DNA from: Gemmata obscuriglobus
Lineage (GTDB): Bacteria; Planctomycetota; Planctomycetia; Gemmatales; Gemmataceae
Reading direction: 5' to 3'
NCBI RefSeq assembly: GCF_008065095.1
Contig: NZ_CP042911.1
Coordinates: 5,970,001-6,002,000 of the forward strand
DNA length: 32,000 bases
Within the stretch, counting starts at the first letter, position 1, and each line of letters opens with the position of its first letter. The notes under the pieces were generated by a model. It was not told where the DNA came from. It was given only the letters and a program-made list of their open reading frames with translations, and did not search any database. Below are positions 16,851-25,118 of the stretch, piece after piece. A program made the translations under genes and the position numbers.

Positions 16851-17690
16851 ATGACCAAGCTGAGCTACGAGGTGGTCACCAAGGCGGTGACATGGCTCAT
16901 CCTTCTGGAGCAGATCCGCCAGCAGGCAACGGACGAGGCGGATGTCCACCTCACCGAAAGCATTCGACGCCACGGCGTACTGCAACCGATCGGTGCGAGG
17001 CCGAAAGGAGATAAGGAAGGTAAGGAGGATAAAGGGGAGGTGGTTTGGGGTCACCGCCGACTCCGATGCGCCATCGCGGCGGGCCTTTCGGAAGTGCCCT
17101 GCGTGATTCTCGACAGGGACATGAGCGAGTCGGACTTCCTCGCCCTTCAAGTCGTCGAAAACACCGCCCGTGAGTCTCTCTCTCCTTTCGATTTGTGGCA
17201 GGGCTGCGTGCGTTTGATGGATGCCAATGCTGGCTGGTCGCAGAAGGATTTAGCAAAGGCTATCTCACTGGACGCATCGAGCATCACCAGGATCATGTCG
17301 GCTTCAAAGTGCGTCTCAGCCGTGATCGAGTCGTTCAAGACGGGCGCACTGAGCCAGTCCGACGTTTACGCCATCTCGAAGGTTGAGGAGTCGGCACAGG
17401 CCAGTTTGCTGGCGCTCAAACTGAGCGGCGCGGCCAACCGCAATGTACTGGAGCAAGCAGGACGGAAAACCAGGGCTCCGAAGACCGAGGAGACAGTCAA
17501 GACGAGCAGCCTGCGGATCGCCCTTGGAGAGGTCGTCATCACGGTCAAGGGCGCGGACCTGACGCTCGGACTCGTAGCTGAGATGCTCGATAAGGCCAGC
17601 AAGGAGGCCGAGAAGGCCAAGACGCAAGGCTTGAACGCGAAAACCGCCGAGCGCGTCTGGAAGGATCGGTCAGCCAAGAAGACCGCGTAA
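16851..17690 (+). CDS. ParB/KorB-like N-terminal-domain protein (279 aa)
   Basis: ParB box VVWGHRRLRCAIAAG preceded by SIRRHGVLQPIG. An HTH-like segment WSQKDLAKAISLDASSITRI follows. The SD AAGGGGG precedes ATG 16851. Confidence 0.8.
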   Translation: MTKLSYEVVTKAVTWLILLEQIRQQATDEADVHLTESIRRHGVLQPIGARPKGDKEGKEDKGEVVWGHRRLRCAIAAGLSEVPCVILDRDMSESDFLALQVVENTARESLSPFDLWQGCVRLMDANAGWSQKDLAKAISLDASSITRIMSASKCVSAVIESFKTGALSQSDVYAISKVEESAQASLLALKLSGAANRNVLEQAGRKTRAPKTEETVKTSSLRIALGEVVITVKGADLTLGLVAEMLDKASKEAEKAKTQGLNAKTAERVWKDRSAKKTA

Positions 17691-17745
17691 TGAGAAAGGT
17701 CGCTCGGCGCAGCCCGGGCGACCTTCCACTTGCTGAGGTGAAAAC

Positions 17746-17934
17746 ATGATCGAGTGTGTTCTCCAGTGGCTGGTAGTCCTGTCTCCATTTGTGCTCGTTC
17801 CGATTGGGTTGGGTTACGTTCGTGATGAAAAGGAGGAGATCAAAATGATGGAGGACGAGATACTTGGGGCGCATGAGGAGATGGAGTGCGCAATGCGTGA
17901 CTTAGAGGCGATTAAGGAGGTTGCGAATGATTAA
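17746..17934 (+). CDS. small membrane protein (62 aa)
   Basis: SD GAGGTG 5 nt upstream. An N-terminal hydrophobic helix is followed by an acidic coiled segment. The local GC is lower. Confidence 0.4.
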   Translation: MIECVLQWLVVLSPFVLVPIGLGYVRDEKEEIKMMEDEILGAHEEMECAMRDLEAIKEVAND

Positions 17935-18161
17935 GCCGCCGGATGGTTTGCTGCAGTGGGCAATTGTTATTGATGCAATTCTCTTCGCGCGGATACTTGG
18001 GTTCATTGGGTGCGCGACTAGACTGGAATGGCCTGTTATGTTGGCGACAGCGCAGGCAAAGCAAATCAGGGCTGAGGTCGATCTGGAGAAGATTCGACTC
18101 GAGAGATTGCAACTGGAGAAGCGCCTGGTAACCGACGTATTGATTCAGCAAGAAAAGGAAG
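17927..18161 (+). pseudogene. membrane/coiled-coil ORF disrupted by IS66; its 3' end is at 19746..19810
   Basis: After removing the IS and one TSD copy, the frame continues ..VLIQQEKE|ESGSLPPSPMRLAGNAPEAHQ*. Its TGA (19808-19810) overlaps the traG ATG (19807-19809). Confidence 0.6.
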
Positions 18162-19737
18162 GTAAGCGTTCACGGGTGATGCGGCAGTGTATCAACAGTT
18201 GGCGAGTAGCGGATTCACAACGTTCTGTTGTTGAGCTTCAGCTGGAACGAGCGTCGGTGCCTTCGCGCCGGTCCGGTGTGCGGTGACGGCGTCGATGAGG
18301 AACGCCAAGACGTTGCGCTTCTGGCGGCGGCACGAGGCGATCACCGTGAGGATTCGTTCCACGAACCGGCTCCCGCGTTCGCTGTCGGTCCCGAAGCTGG
18401 TTTTGCGCCAGCACACGGCGTGACGCACCTCACGCTCGGCCGCGTTGTTGGTCGGTTCCACGCCGACGACACGCGCGAACGTCCACAACGACGCCTCGAC
18501 CGACAACAGTTCCGCGCAGGTCGTGGCGGTCTTGGCGCAGCCGCACGCCGCCCCGTTCCGCAGGTGCGTGCCGACCTGACGACGCAACGCGGGGATGTAG
18601 GTCGAGCGACATGTGGACCGCGCGAGGGTTCCGTCCCGGACCCGATACCAGTTCTCGAACAGGGCGTCCGAACACGCCAACAGAGCCGCGCCGATCGCCT
18701 GTCCGGAACCGCCCCGGTCGATCATCGCCTGGAAATCGCGTCGCAGGTGCGCCCAGCAGAGTTGACGCTTGTACTTGTCGAGGTGCGTGTACACCGGATA
18801 CCGGTCCGTCGTATGCACGGCCGTGGACCCGGCACGCAGGTCATCAAAGGCGGCCCGGCCCCGGGTCCGGCGGATCAGGAACGCCACCACGAACGTGGTC
18901 ACGGCGGCCCACAGCCAGGCCCGCTGACGCCCCTGCTTCCAACCGGTCTCGTCCACGTTGGCCGGGTGCCCGCGGGTGTACACCAGGGCCTGTTCGGCCA
19001 CCGGCTTCAGCGCCTCGGCGGTTCGGTGCTGGAGCTTGCACACCATGGCCGGGCTCAGGGGCAGGCCGAACAGATCGTCGAACAGTTGGCTCGTGCCCCG
19101 CTTGCCCAGACGGCACGAGCCGGTGAGAAGCGCGGCCACCGCCTGCGCCCGGGGGCCGTATCCGGTGCGCGCCTCCGACGGCACCGCGGGCACCGTGGTC
19201 GTGCCGCAGTGGGGGCACCGGAGCCGGTGGCACCGATACTCGGTCACGTGGGGTTTGATAACGGGCAACTCGTGGACCTGATGAATGGCCGGAGCCGGAT
19301 CGTCCCCGGCCAGCGACCGCGAGCAGTCCCGGCACACGGACGGCTTGAGGGTCCGGATCTCATCGGGTGGCAGGAGCGTGCGCTCGGCTTTGGGATGCCC
19401 CGGTTGCCCGCCCCGACGCTTCCCCGAAGGGGCCTTGGGCGGGGCCAGTTTCACCTGCGGAGGATCGGACGAGGGCGGCTTCGACGAGTTGGTGGAGCTC
19501 TGGTTGAGTCGGGCCTTGAGTTCGGCGACCTCGGCCACCAGAGCAGTGATCGTGGCCTCCAAGGCGCGAATATACGCCACCACCGCCGGTGGTAAGTTAT
19601 CGGGCAGTTCCGGCGGTTGAGGAACAGGCGTCATGACGTCTGCTCGATTACGGAACATGCCCGCTTGTGGCAACCGCGTATCCAAACGGGCTAAAATGAC
19701 GGGCAAAAGCGGGTGGCGCACCCCCATGAACGCTTAC
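18162..19737 (-). mobile_element. IS66-family (single-ORF, ISBst12-like) insertion sequence (1,576 bp)
   Basis: Ends GTAAGCGTTCAC... (18162) and ...GAACGCTTAC (19737) give GTAAGCG termini typical of IS66. Perfect 8-bp TSD AAAGGAAG at 18154-18161 and 19738-19745. Confidence 0.9.
18192..19634 (-). CDS. IS66-family transposase (480 aa from ATG 19634)
   Basis: N-terminal coiled segment (ITALVAEVAELKARL), Zn-finger-like CHRLRCPHCG, and core blocks NVDETGW ... DRYPVY ... CWAHLRRDF typical of IS66 TnpC. The track start at 19727 lies inside the terminal IR. Confidence 0.85.
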   Translation of the reverse strand: MTPVPQPPELPDNLPPAVVAYIRALEATITALVAEVAELKARLNQSSTNSSKPPSSDPPQVKLAPPKAPSGKRRGGQPGHPKAERTLLPPDEIRTLKPSVCRDCSRSLAGDDPAPAIHQVHELPVIKPHVTEYRCHRLRCPHCGTTTVPAVPSEARTGYGPRAQAVAALLTGSCRLGKRGTSQLFDDLFGLPLSPAMVCKLQHRTAEALKPVAEQALVYTRGHPANVDETGWKQGRQRAWLWAAVTTFVVAFLIRRTRGRAAFDDLRAGSTAVHTTDRYPVYTHLDKYKRQLCWAHLRRDFQAMIDRGGSGQAIGAALLACSDALFENWYRVRDGTLARSTCRSTYIPALRRQVGTHLRNGAACGCAKTATTCAELLSVEASLWTFARVVGVEPTNNAAEREVRHAVCWRKTSFGTDSERGSRFVERILTVIASCRRQKRNVLAFLIDAVTAHRTGAKAPTLVPAEAQQQNVVNPLLANC

Positions 19738-19806
19738 AAAGGAAGAATCCGGTTCGCTTCCGCCTTCTCCTATGAGGCTTGCTGGAAATGCACCAGAGGC
19801 ACACCA

Positions 19807-21594
19807 ATGAGGTACTGCAGGATCGTCCTGATTCTCGCCATCACCCTGGCTGCGATTGAGTTGCTGCTCCTCATCATTGCGGCCCCAAAGTTCATGACAT
19901 TCCTCGCAGTGGCGCTGTTCCTGATCTACCGCAGCAGGCGGAAGGGACGGCTGGATGCCTTCGGGACTGCGGAGTGGGCTAGTTACGGGGCACTGAAAAG
20001 GAAGGGCATGCTCGAAGCGGGAGAGGGACTGTGCATCGGACTGGTAACCGGGCAACGTCCGACCCTTTGGGCATCCGTGGTTAACTTGTTCCGCCGCAGC
20101 GTCCCGGCCGCAATCGCCTGCGAGCAGCTAGTCATGGCGGTGCGGCAGTTCAACCGGCCTACACCCGAACCGGTGAAAGTGAGGTTAAACAAGGTCGTTC
20201 ACTTAGCAGCGTTCGCACCCACCGGGGTTGGCAAGGGCACGTCTCTGATTTTGCCCTTCCTGCTTGGTTTAATTCGTGACTCGGTGGTGATCTACGACCC
20301 AAAAGGGGAGGCGTGCAATCTTACCGCTCAGAGCTTTCGCGACCGAGGTTATCAGGTGGTGGTGCTCGACCCATACCAGGTCGCCACCAAGACACCGGAC
20401 GGGTTCAATCCGCTGGCGATGATCGACAAGGACTCGCCGCTGGTCATCGATCACGCCAGAGCCATGGCAGCCGAGATGGTTGTGAGAACTGGTAACGAGC
20501 CCGATCCGCACTGGAACGACTCCGCCGAAGCCTTCATCGCGGCCATGATCGCGCTCACCTGCCTGTACGGCGACGGGGCTAACCGAAGCCTCCAGGCCGT
20601 GCGGAGCCTGCTCACCGACCCGGAACGGATGCAGGCCGCAATCAAGGTGATGGTCGGAGACACAGCAATGTCGGGGATGATTGCTCGCATGGGGCATCAG
20701 CTCGCCACGCTCAAGGACAAAGAGCTTGCAAGCGTCCTGAGCACGACGAATCGGCACATGCGGTGGCTCGACACGCCAGCAATTGCGAACTCGACGCGGG
20801 AATCGACCTTCGATCCGCTGGACCTGACCAAGAAGCCGCTGGCAGTCTTCGTTGTCCTTCCGGTCGATCAGATGAAGGCCCAGGCGGGATACCTCAGGCT
20901 CGTGATGGGCTCTTTGTTGCGAGCCTGTGTCGCCGGTGGCCTGCAAGAGCAGCACAAGGTTCATTTCGTCCTGGATGAGGCTGCCTCACTGGGGGAGATG
21001 GATGCGCTAGAACAGGCGCTCAACATCGGACGCGGCTACGGGATACGAATTCAACTTTATTACCAGTCGACCGGGCAACTGAAGAAGTGCTGGGGCGTTG
21101 ATGGTGGCGATCAGGTGGTGCTCTCCAACACCACGCAAATCTTCTTCGGGGTTCGGGACAAGGACACGGCAGAGTATGTGTCGGCCATGCTCGGTGAAGA
21201 GACCATCTGGGTGGAATCGAGCGGGAGCAATTCCGGCGATTCCACCTCGGTCAACCGCAACGATCCGGGTGGAAGCTTCAGCGTCTCACGGGGGCGAAAC
21301 ACGGGGCTCCAACAGCAGGCCCGGAAGCTGTTAAAGCCAGAGGAGGTGGTCGCCCTGGATGAACGTACCGCCATCACCCTGACGCCCGGAGTGAAACCCA
21401 TCGCGACGACTTTAGTCCGCTACTACGAGGAACCGCTAGGAAACGGGGCGGGCCGTTGGCGGCGGCTGCGAATCAGGGTGGAAGTGTGGCTCGCCTCCAT
21501 CCTGCTGCTGGTTGTGTTTTCCGTGCTGGGGGCACAGATGACACGGGCCATGTTTCACCCCCAACATCCGCCGCTCCGACGGGCGGCCAAGTAA
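19807..21594 (+). CDS. traG: type IV secretion coupling protein, TraG/VirD4 family (595 aa)
   Basis: N-terminal hydrophobic TM region, Walker A APTGVGKGTS, Walker B HFVLDEAASLG. The start at 19807 is supported by the ATGA overlap with the reconstructed upstream ORF. The track's N-terminal extension is IS-end and frame-shifted sequence. Confidence 0.9.
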   Translation: MRYCRIVLILAITLAAIELLLLIIAAPKFMTFLAVALFLIYRSRRKGRLDAFGTAEWASYGALKRKGMLEAGEGLCIGLVTGQRPTLWASVVNLFRRSVPAAIACEQLVMAVRQFNRPTPEPVKVRLNKVVHLAAFAPTGVGKGTSLILPFLLGLIRDSVVIYDPKGEACNLTAQSFRDRGYQVVVLDPYQVATKTPDGFNPLAMIDKDSPLVIDHARAMAAEMVVRTGNEPDPHWNDSAEAFIAAMIALTCLYGDGANRSLQAVRSLLTDPERMQAAIKVMVGDTAMSGMIARMGHQLATLKDKELASVLSTTNRHMRWLDTPAIANSTRESTFDPLDLTKKPLAVFVVLPVDQMKAQAGYLRLVMGSLLRACVAGGLQEQHKVHFVLDEAASLGEMDALEQALNIGRGYGIRIQLYYQSTGQLKKCWGVDGGDQVVLSNTTQIFFGVRDKDTAEYVSAMLGEETIWVESSGSNSGDSTSVNRNDPGGSFSVSRGRNTGLQQQARKLLKPEEVVALDERTAITLTPGVKPIATTLVRYYEEPLGNGAGRWRRLRIRVEVWLASILLLVVFSVLGAQMTRAMFHPQHPPLRRAAK

Positions 21595-21872
21595 TGGAGG
21601 ATCAGTCGATGTCAGCTAAAGAACTGTTTCGGGAAATCGTCAGCGACATCCGCGTTGACGTTGGGGCGGAAGTCGGGCGTCTAGCGGTTCAAGGGCAAGC
21701 AGAGATGGCCAGCGCGCTGTTCACCGGATCTGCCTTCGTCCCTTACGGTGAAGGCCAGCTCGCCGTTGAAGCGCCTCAGCAGGCTCAGACCGAACCGCAG
21801 CACGGCCTACCGGTCGAGGCCATGAAGGCCCCCGAGGTTCAGCAGGAGATGGAACGGGGCGGTCGGGAGTAG
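21594..21872 (+). CDS. hypothetical protein (92 aa)
   Basis: Its ATG overlaps the traG TAA by 1 nt (TAATG), suggesting coupling. No family recognised. Confidence 0.5.
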   Translation: MEDQSMSAKELFREIVSDIRVDVGAEVGRLAVQGQAEMASALFTGSAFVPYGEGQLAVEAPQQAQTEPQHGLPVEAMKAPEVQQEMERGGRE

Positions 21873-22003
21873 TCAGGCGGCCGGGGTGTGCGCTCCGCTG
21901 GACTTTCCGGCGGCACCCCGGCACCCGAGGCTCTACATGCCCGTGGGCAGGGAGCTGACAGAAGATCGATAGCGCGTTTCGTGTTCCAACACAAGGGAGA
22001 TTC

Positions 22004-23260
22004 CAGTAGTTTCAAGTTGGCGGCTTGGTTTTGTTGGCCGATCGTGCAGTAGTAATGGACTTATTTTCGCCATCTGTAGGTGCCAGCCCATCGGCCAACA
22101 GTATCAGGCATACCGCCGCCAGTGTCCACCCGAGGCCGCGGGCTGAGCGGGACCACAACCAGGCGTTACGCAGGATCAGCCCGACGGCCACCCACAGGAG
22201 TCGCACGACCCCATCGGTGGTCGAGGTCCGGGGCCGAACCTGCCCCAACTGGCGGTAGCTGCTCTCGATCCCGAATCGGGTCCGGTACAGGTCCCGAATC
22301 GCCACCGGGCTCCCGCTCACCCGCCACGCCGCGTACAGTAACTTCTTGCTCCGCCGGCCCCCGGTCCGCCGGTACCGGTAGCTCTTGTGAGCGATCACCA
22401 CGTGCACCCGCACCGAGGTGCCCCGATCCGCGTGGGTGTACGCATATCGACCCGCGCCCCGCCGCCGCACGGCCCGCAACCCGACCCCCTTCACCCCGGG
22501 CCGGGGCTTGCGGCCCCGGACCACGGCCGGGATCACGAACGGCACACCCCGCGCCTGGAGCAACCGCATCACCGCGATCGAGAAGAACGCCTTGTCCAGC
22601 AGCGCGACCCGGACCGTAACCCGTGCCGCCGTCACCTGATCCAACAGCCGGGTGAGCACCGCGGTCATCGGCTCCTTCTCGCCCACGGCCGTCAACCCGA
22701 GCGTGTACCGGTCCGGTCCCCCGACGAGGCACGCGGTGGCGTACGTGTGGAACGTGTGGGTGCCGCCGGCCCCCTTGGACCGGGTGGTGTCCCGGTTCGG
22801 CGTCCCGAAGTACCCGATCCGGTGGTAGTCGATCGCGACCCGAGCCGCCCGCTTCCGCTTGCCGAGCGGGGCGTGGAGGGCCGGCCGCAACCGCCGCTCG
22901 AGGGTGCGGCGCCGCTTGGGCAGCGTGAGGTACAAGCAATCCCAGATGGCCTGCCCGGACGGGGCGTCGGCGATCGCGGCACAGGCCGCGGCCACCGAGC
23001 GGGCGAACGCCGCGGCGAACAGCACCACCCGCCACACCACCTCGGGTGTACAGGTGCGGCGACGCTTGGGCAGTTGGACCGCACGGCCGAGCCAGTCGGT
23101 CAGGACCGGACGGAGGTGCCGGGTGGCGTGGGCCGGGGTGGCTCGGATAGACTGACGTTTGGGTCGCATGGGGGCTCCGACAGTGGAGGCGTGGTAACCA
23201 CCATTGACCGGTAAACCCATGCGGCCCGCTACTCATAAATCGCCCAACTTGAAACTACTG
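22004..23260 (-). mobile_element. ISH3-like insertion sequence, copy B (1,257 bp)
   Basis: Same IRs as copy A. 5-bp TSD GATTC at 21999-22003 and 23261-23265. I detected one difference from copy A (22189 C vs 13149 G), which is synonymous in the transposase. Confidence 0.9.
22012..23220 (-). CDS. DDE transposase (402 aa), identical protein to 12972..14180
   Basis: The track translation is identical to copy A. Confidence 0.85.
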   Translation of the reverse strand: MGLPVNGGYHASTVGAPMRPKRQSIRATPAHATRHLRPVLTDWLGRAVQLPKRRRTCTPEVVWRVVLFAAAFARSVAAACAAIADAPSGQAIWDCLYLTLPKRRRTLERRLRPALHAPLGKRKRAARVAIDYHRIGYFGTPNRDTTRSKGAGGTHTFHTYATACLVGGPDRYTLGLTAVGEKEPMTAVLTRLLDQVTAARVTVRVALLDKAFFSIAVMRLLQARGVPFVIPAVVRGRKPRPGVKGVGLRAVRRRGAGRYAYTHADRGTSVRVHVVIAHKSYRYRRTGGRRSKKLLYAAWRVSGSPVAIRDLYRTRFGIESSYRQLGQVRPRTSTTDGVVRLLWVAVGLILRNAWLWSRSARGLGWTLAAVCLILLADGLAPTDGENKSITTARSANKTKPPT

Positions 23261-23268
23261 GATTCGCA

Positions 23269-23445
23269 ATGGAAGGGATCTTACTGTTCGTCGTCGCGTG
23301 TCTGGTTATCGGGGTCCTGGGACGCATGGCCATGGGCCAGTCGGCCGGCGAGGCCACCAAGACCACTCTCGGCAATTTCGGTGGCGGCATGAAGACGGCG
23401 GGCAAGATCGCGGGCTTCGGTTGGAAGGTCTACCGGCGGCGCTAA
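23269..23445 (+). CDS. small single-TM protein (58 aa)
   Basis: MEGILLFVVACLVIGVLG... with a Gly/Lys-rich tail ending YRRR. Below the track cutoff. IS copy B separated its SD (AAGGGAG, 21994-22000) from the ATG. Confidence 0.4.
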   Translation: MEGILLFVVACLVIGVLGRMAMGQSAGEATKTTLGNFGGGMKTAGKIAGFGWKVYRRR

Positions 23446-23498
23446 CCAACGTCGGGGGACGCCCACCCCCGCTTCTTTCAACCCATTCGGAGCGATCC

Positions 23499-23672
23499 AT
23501 GGAGTTCATCAGCGTCGCGTTCGGTCGGCTTTTCATCCTCGCCTGCCTCGCAATGGCCTTCGCCATGATGGTGATGAAGAAGTACGCCGAGCAACACCCC
23601 ACGGACGCAAAGCGGCTACAGGTCAAAGCGGGCAGAACGCTCGGAGGGTGGCTCAAGAAGCATCTGAAGTAA
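23499..23672 (+). CDS. small single-TM protein (57 aa)
   Basis: Internal ATG of track ORF 23298..23672. MEFISVAFGRLFILACLAMAFAMMVM then a basic tail. Confidence 0.4.
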   Translation: MEFISVAFGRLFILACLAMAFAMMVMKKYAEQHPTDAKRLQVKAGRTLGGWLKKHLK

Positions 23673-23712
23673 ACAGAAACGCTGCAGTTTCACTCAAGCA
23701 AGGGACGCACCC

Positions 23713-23889
23713 ATGAACGAAGTCTTGTTTGTGATTTTCCTGATCGGCTGGTTCGGGTTCTGGATCTGGCTCCGCTTCGCTAATCCCGAGGCGTTCCGGA
23801 AGGCGCACGACACGATGCAGGGCGCCATCGACAAAGCAGCCGGGGCGGCATCCGACGCGGTCCACCGTGCGGTCAGCCGCAAGAAGTAA
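23713..23889 (+). CDS. small single-TM protein (58 aa)
   Basis: MNEVLFVIFLIGWFGFWIWLRF then a basic, Ala-rich tail ending SRKK. Below the track cutoff. Confidence 0.4.
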   Translation: MNEVLFVIFLIGWFGFWIWLRFANPEAFRKAHDTMQGAIDKAAGAASDAVHRAVSRKK

Positions 23890-23921
23890 ACAGTGTCAGC
23901 CACCCTGCATCTGAGGCCATC

Positions 23922-24329
23922 ATGGAACCACAGAACCCTCGACTCGACTGGCGCGGCACCGACCTTCGCGGTGTGAATCTTCAGGGCGTCAACCTGGAGA
24001 GCGCGGACCTCCGAGGCGCCGACCTCCGCGGAGTCAACATGAGCCGCGTGAACCTCCGCTATGCGGACCTGCGTGGTGCGAGCATCCAGCAGGCGAACTT
24101 CCAGAACGCCAACCTCTACGGCGCGAAGATGCAAGGGGTTGAAGCCCAGATGACTGACTTCCGGGGTACTGACCTGCGGCAGGCGAACCTCGCGGGCGCG
24201 TATCTAGACGGGGCGATGATGTCGGGGCCGGACATCGCCAAGCTGCTGTTTCAGGAGGCGGTGCGTGGGAACGAGGTGAAGGAGCCATCAGCACCCGAGT
24301 ACACGAAGGCTCGCGAGATCGAGCGGTGA
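23922..24329 (+). CDS. pentapeptide-repeat protein (135 aa)
   Basis: About 20 consecutive A(D/N)LxG-type pentapeptides (DLRGVNLQGVNLESADLRGADLRGVNMSRVNLRYADLRGASIQQANFQNANLYGAKMQG...). Confidence 0.85.
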   Translation: MEPQNPRLDWRGTDLRGVNLQGVNLESADLRGADLRGVNMSRVNLRYADLRGASIQQANFQNANLYGAKMQGVEAQMTDFRGTDLRQANLAGAYLDGAMMSGPDIAKLLFQEAVRGNEVKEPSAPEYTKAREIER

Positions 24330-24406
24330 GAAACTGGTTGCGCGAGCAATCCGACTGTGTCATGGTCGGGGAGTGCAAGCGGCCTTCATTTCCCATCCAT
24401 ACCGTT

Positions 24407-24456
24407 TTTCCGCAGCAGACGTTGTCGCTTGCAACCCGTCGCGTCTGCTGCGGAAA
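24407..24456. repeat. 15-bp perfect inverted repeat (hairpin) with a 20-nt spacer
   Basis: TTTCCGCAGCAGACG (24407-24421) and CGTCTGCTGCGGAAA (24442-24456). There is no downstream T-tract on either strand. Confidence 0.7.
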
Positions 24457-24477
24457 GCCGGTAGAGAGTGAGACCTA

Positions 24478-24756
24478 ATGTTCGATGACGACGACTTTGG
24501 AATTGGCGTGTTGTTACCGTGGCAGATAGGGCTGCTGATCGTGGTCTGCTTGGTCGGGTACGCGATCTGGTACAGCCGTCTGCCTGATGCGGAGAAGGCG
24601 GAGATGTGCGCCGCAAAGGCCGCGAAGCTTCACCTGGAGAGTCGGTACGACAAGGAACTCGATTGCCTTGTGAAGATCGACTCCACGCACTGGCAGAAGA
24701 TCGAAAAGTATAAGAGGTCCGGAATCGTCGAACTTCAAGACGGCGCGAAGCCATGA
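24478..24756 (+). CDS. small membrane-anchored protein (92 aa)
   Basis: SD-like GAGAGTGAG upstream. One TM helix (LLPWQIGLLIVVCLVGYAIWY). The stop overlaps the next start (ATGA). Confidence 0.5.
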   Translation: MFDDDDFGIGVLLPWQIGLLIVVCLVGYAIWYSRLPDAEKAEMCAAKAAKLHLESRYDKELDCLVKIDSTHWQKIEKYKRSGIVELQDGAKP

Positions 24757-25118
24757 GCCACTTCTTTTACTCTGACCCGCTTGCTGCTGCTTGGATGGCC
24801 TCTCGTTACGAAATGGTCTTCTGCACAGCAACCGGGGAGATCATCGACCGGTGGGTCATCGACAGTCTGATCAGCACGACGCGAAATAACCCAGAAGGCG
24901 TGTCTGGAAAGTACACGAAGCTCTTCGTGCATCACGACAGCTTGTTTCTGTTGGAGCCCATCTTGAATGACGTCATTTGGACGGTGCGAGAGGGGTTCTA
25001 CGAAGTGCAGCGCATCTGCGACGTTTACGATCTGCCCGTTCATAACACTTGGGCGCTGCATCGAATTGCCGAACGAAACGGCATCCCTTTCATGTGGCCC
25101 GAGCAGGAGGCAGCATGA
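24753..25118 (+). CDS. hypothetical protein (121 aa)
   Basis: Overlap-coupled to both neighbours. The N-terminus FYSDPLAAAWMA recalls uncharacterised phage and plasmid proteins (recollection only). Confidence 0.55.
   Translation: MSHFFYSDPLAAAWMASRYEMVFCTATGEIIDRWVIDSLISTTRNNPEGVSGKYTKLFVHHDSLFLLEPILNDVIWTVREGFYEVQRICDVYDLPVHNTWALHRIAERNGIPFMWPEQEAA

Noticed and set aside
18228-19595. 455-aa + strand ORF opposite the IS66 transposase
   Set aside because: It is a shadow ORF with an Arg/Gly/Pro-rich translation. The minus strand carries clear IS66 TnpC motifs.
19633-19806. 58-codon N-terminal extension of the TraG ORF
   Set aside because: It is made of the IS66 terminal sequence plus the out-of-frame 3' end of the disrupted upstream ORF. 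The ATGA overlap at 19807-19810 and the TM segment starting right after M at 19807 support the shorter start.
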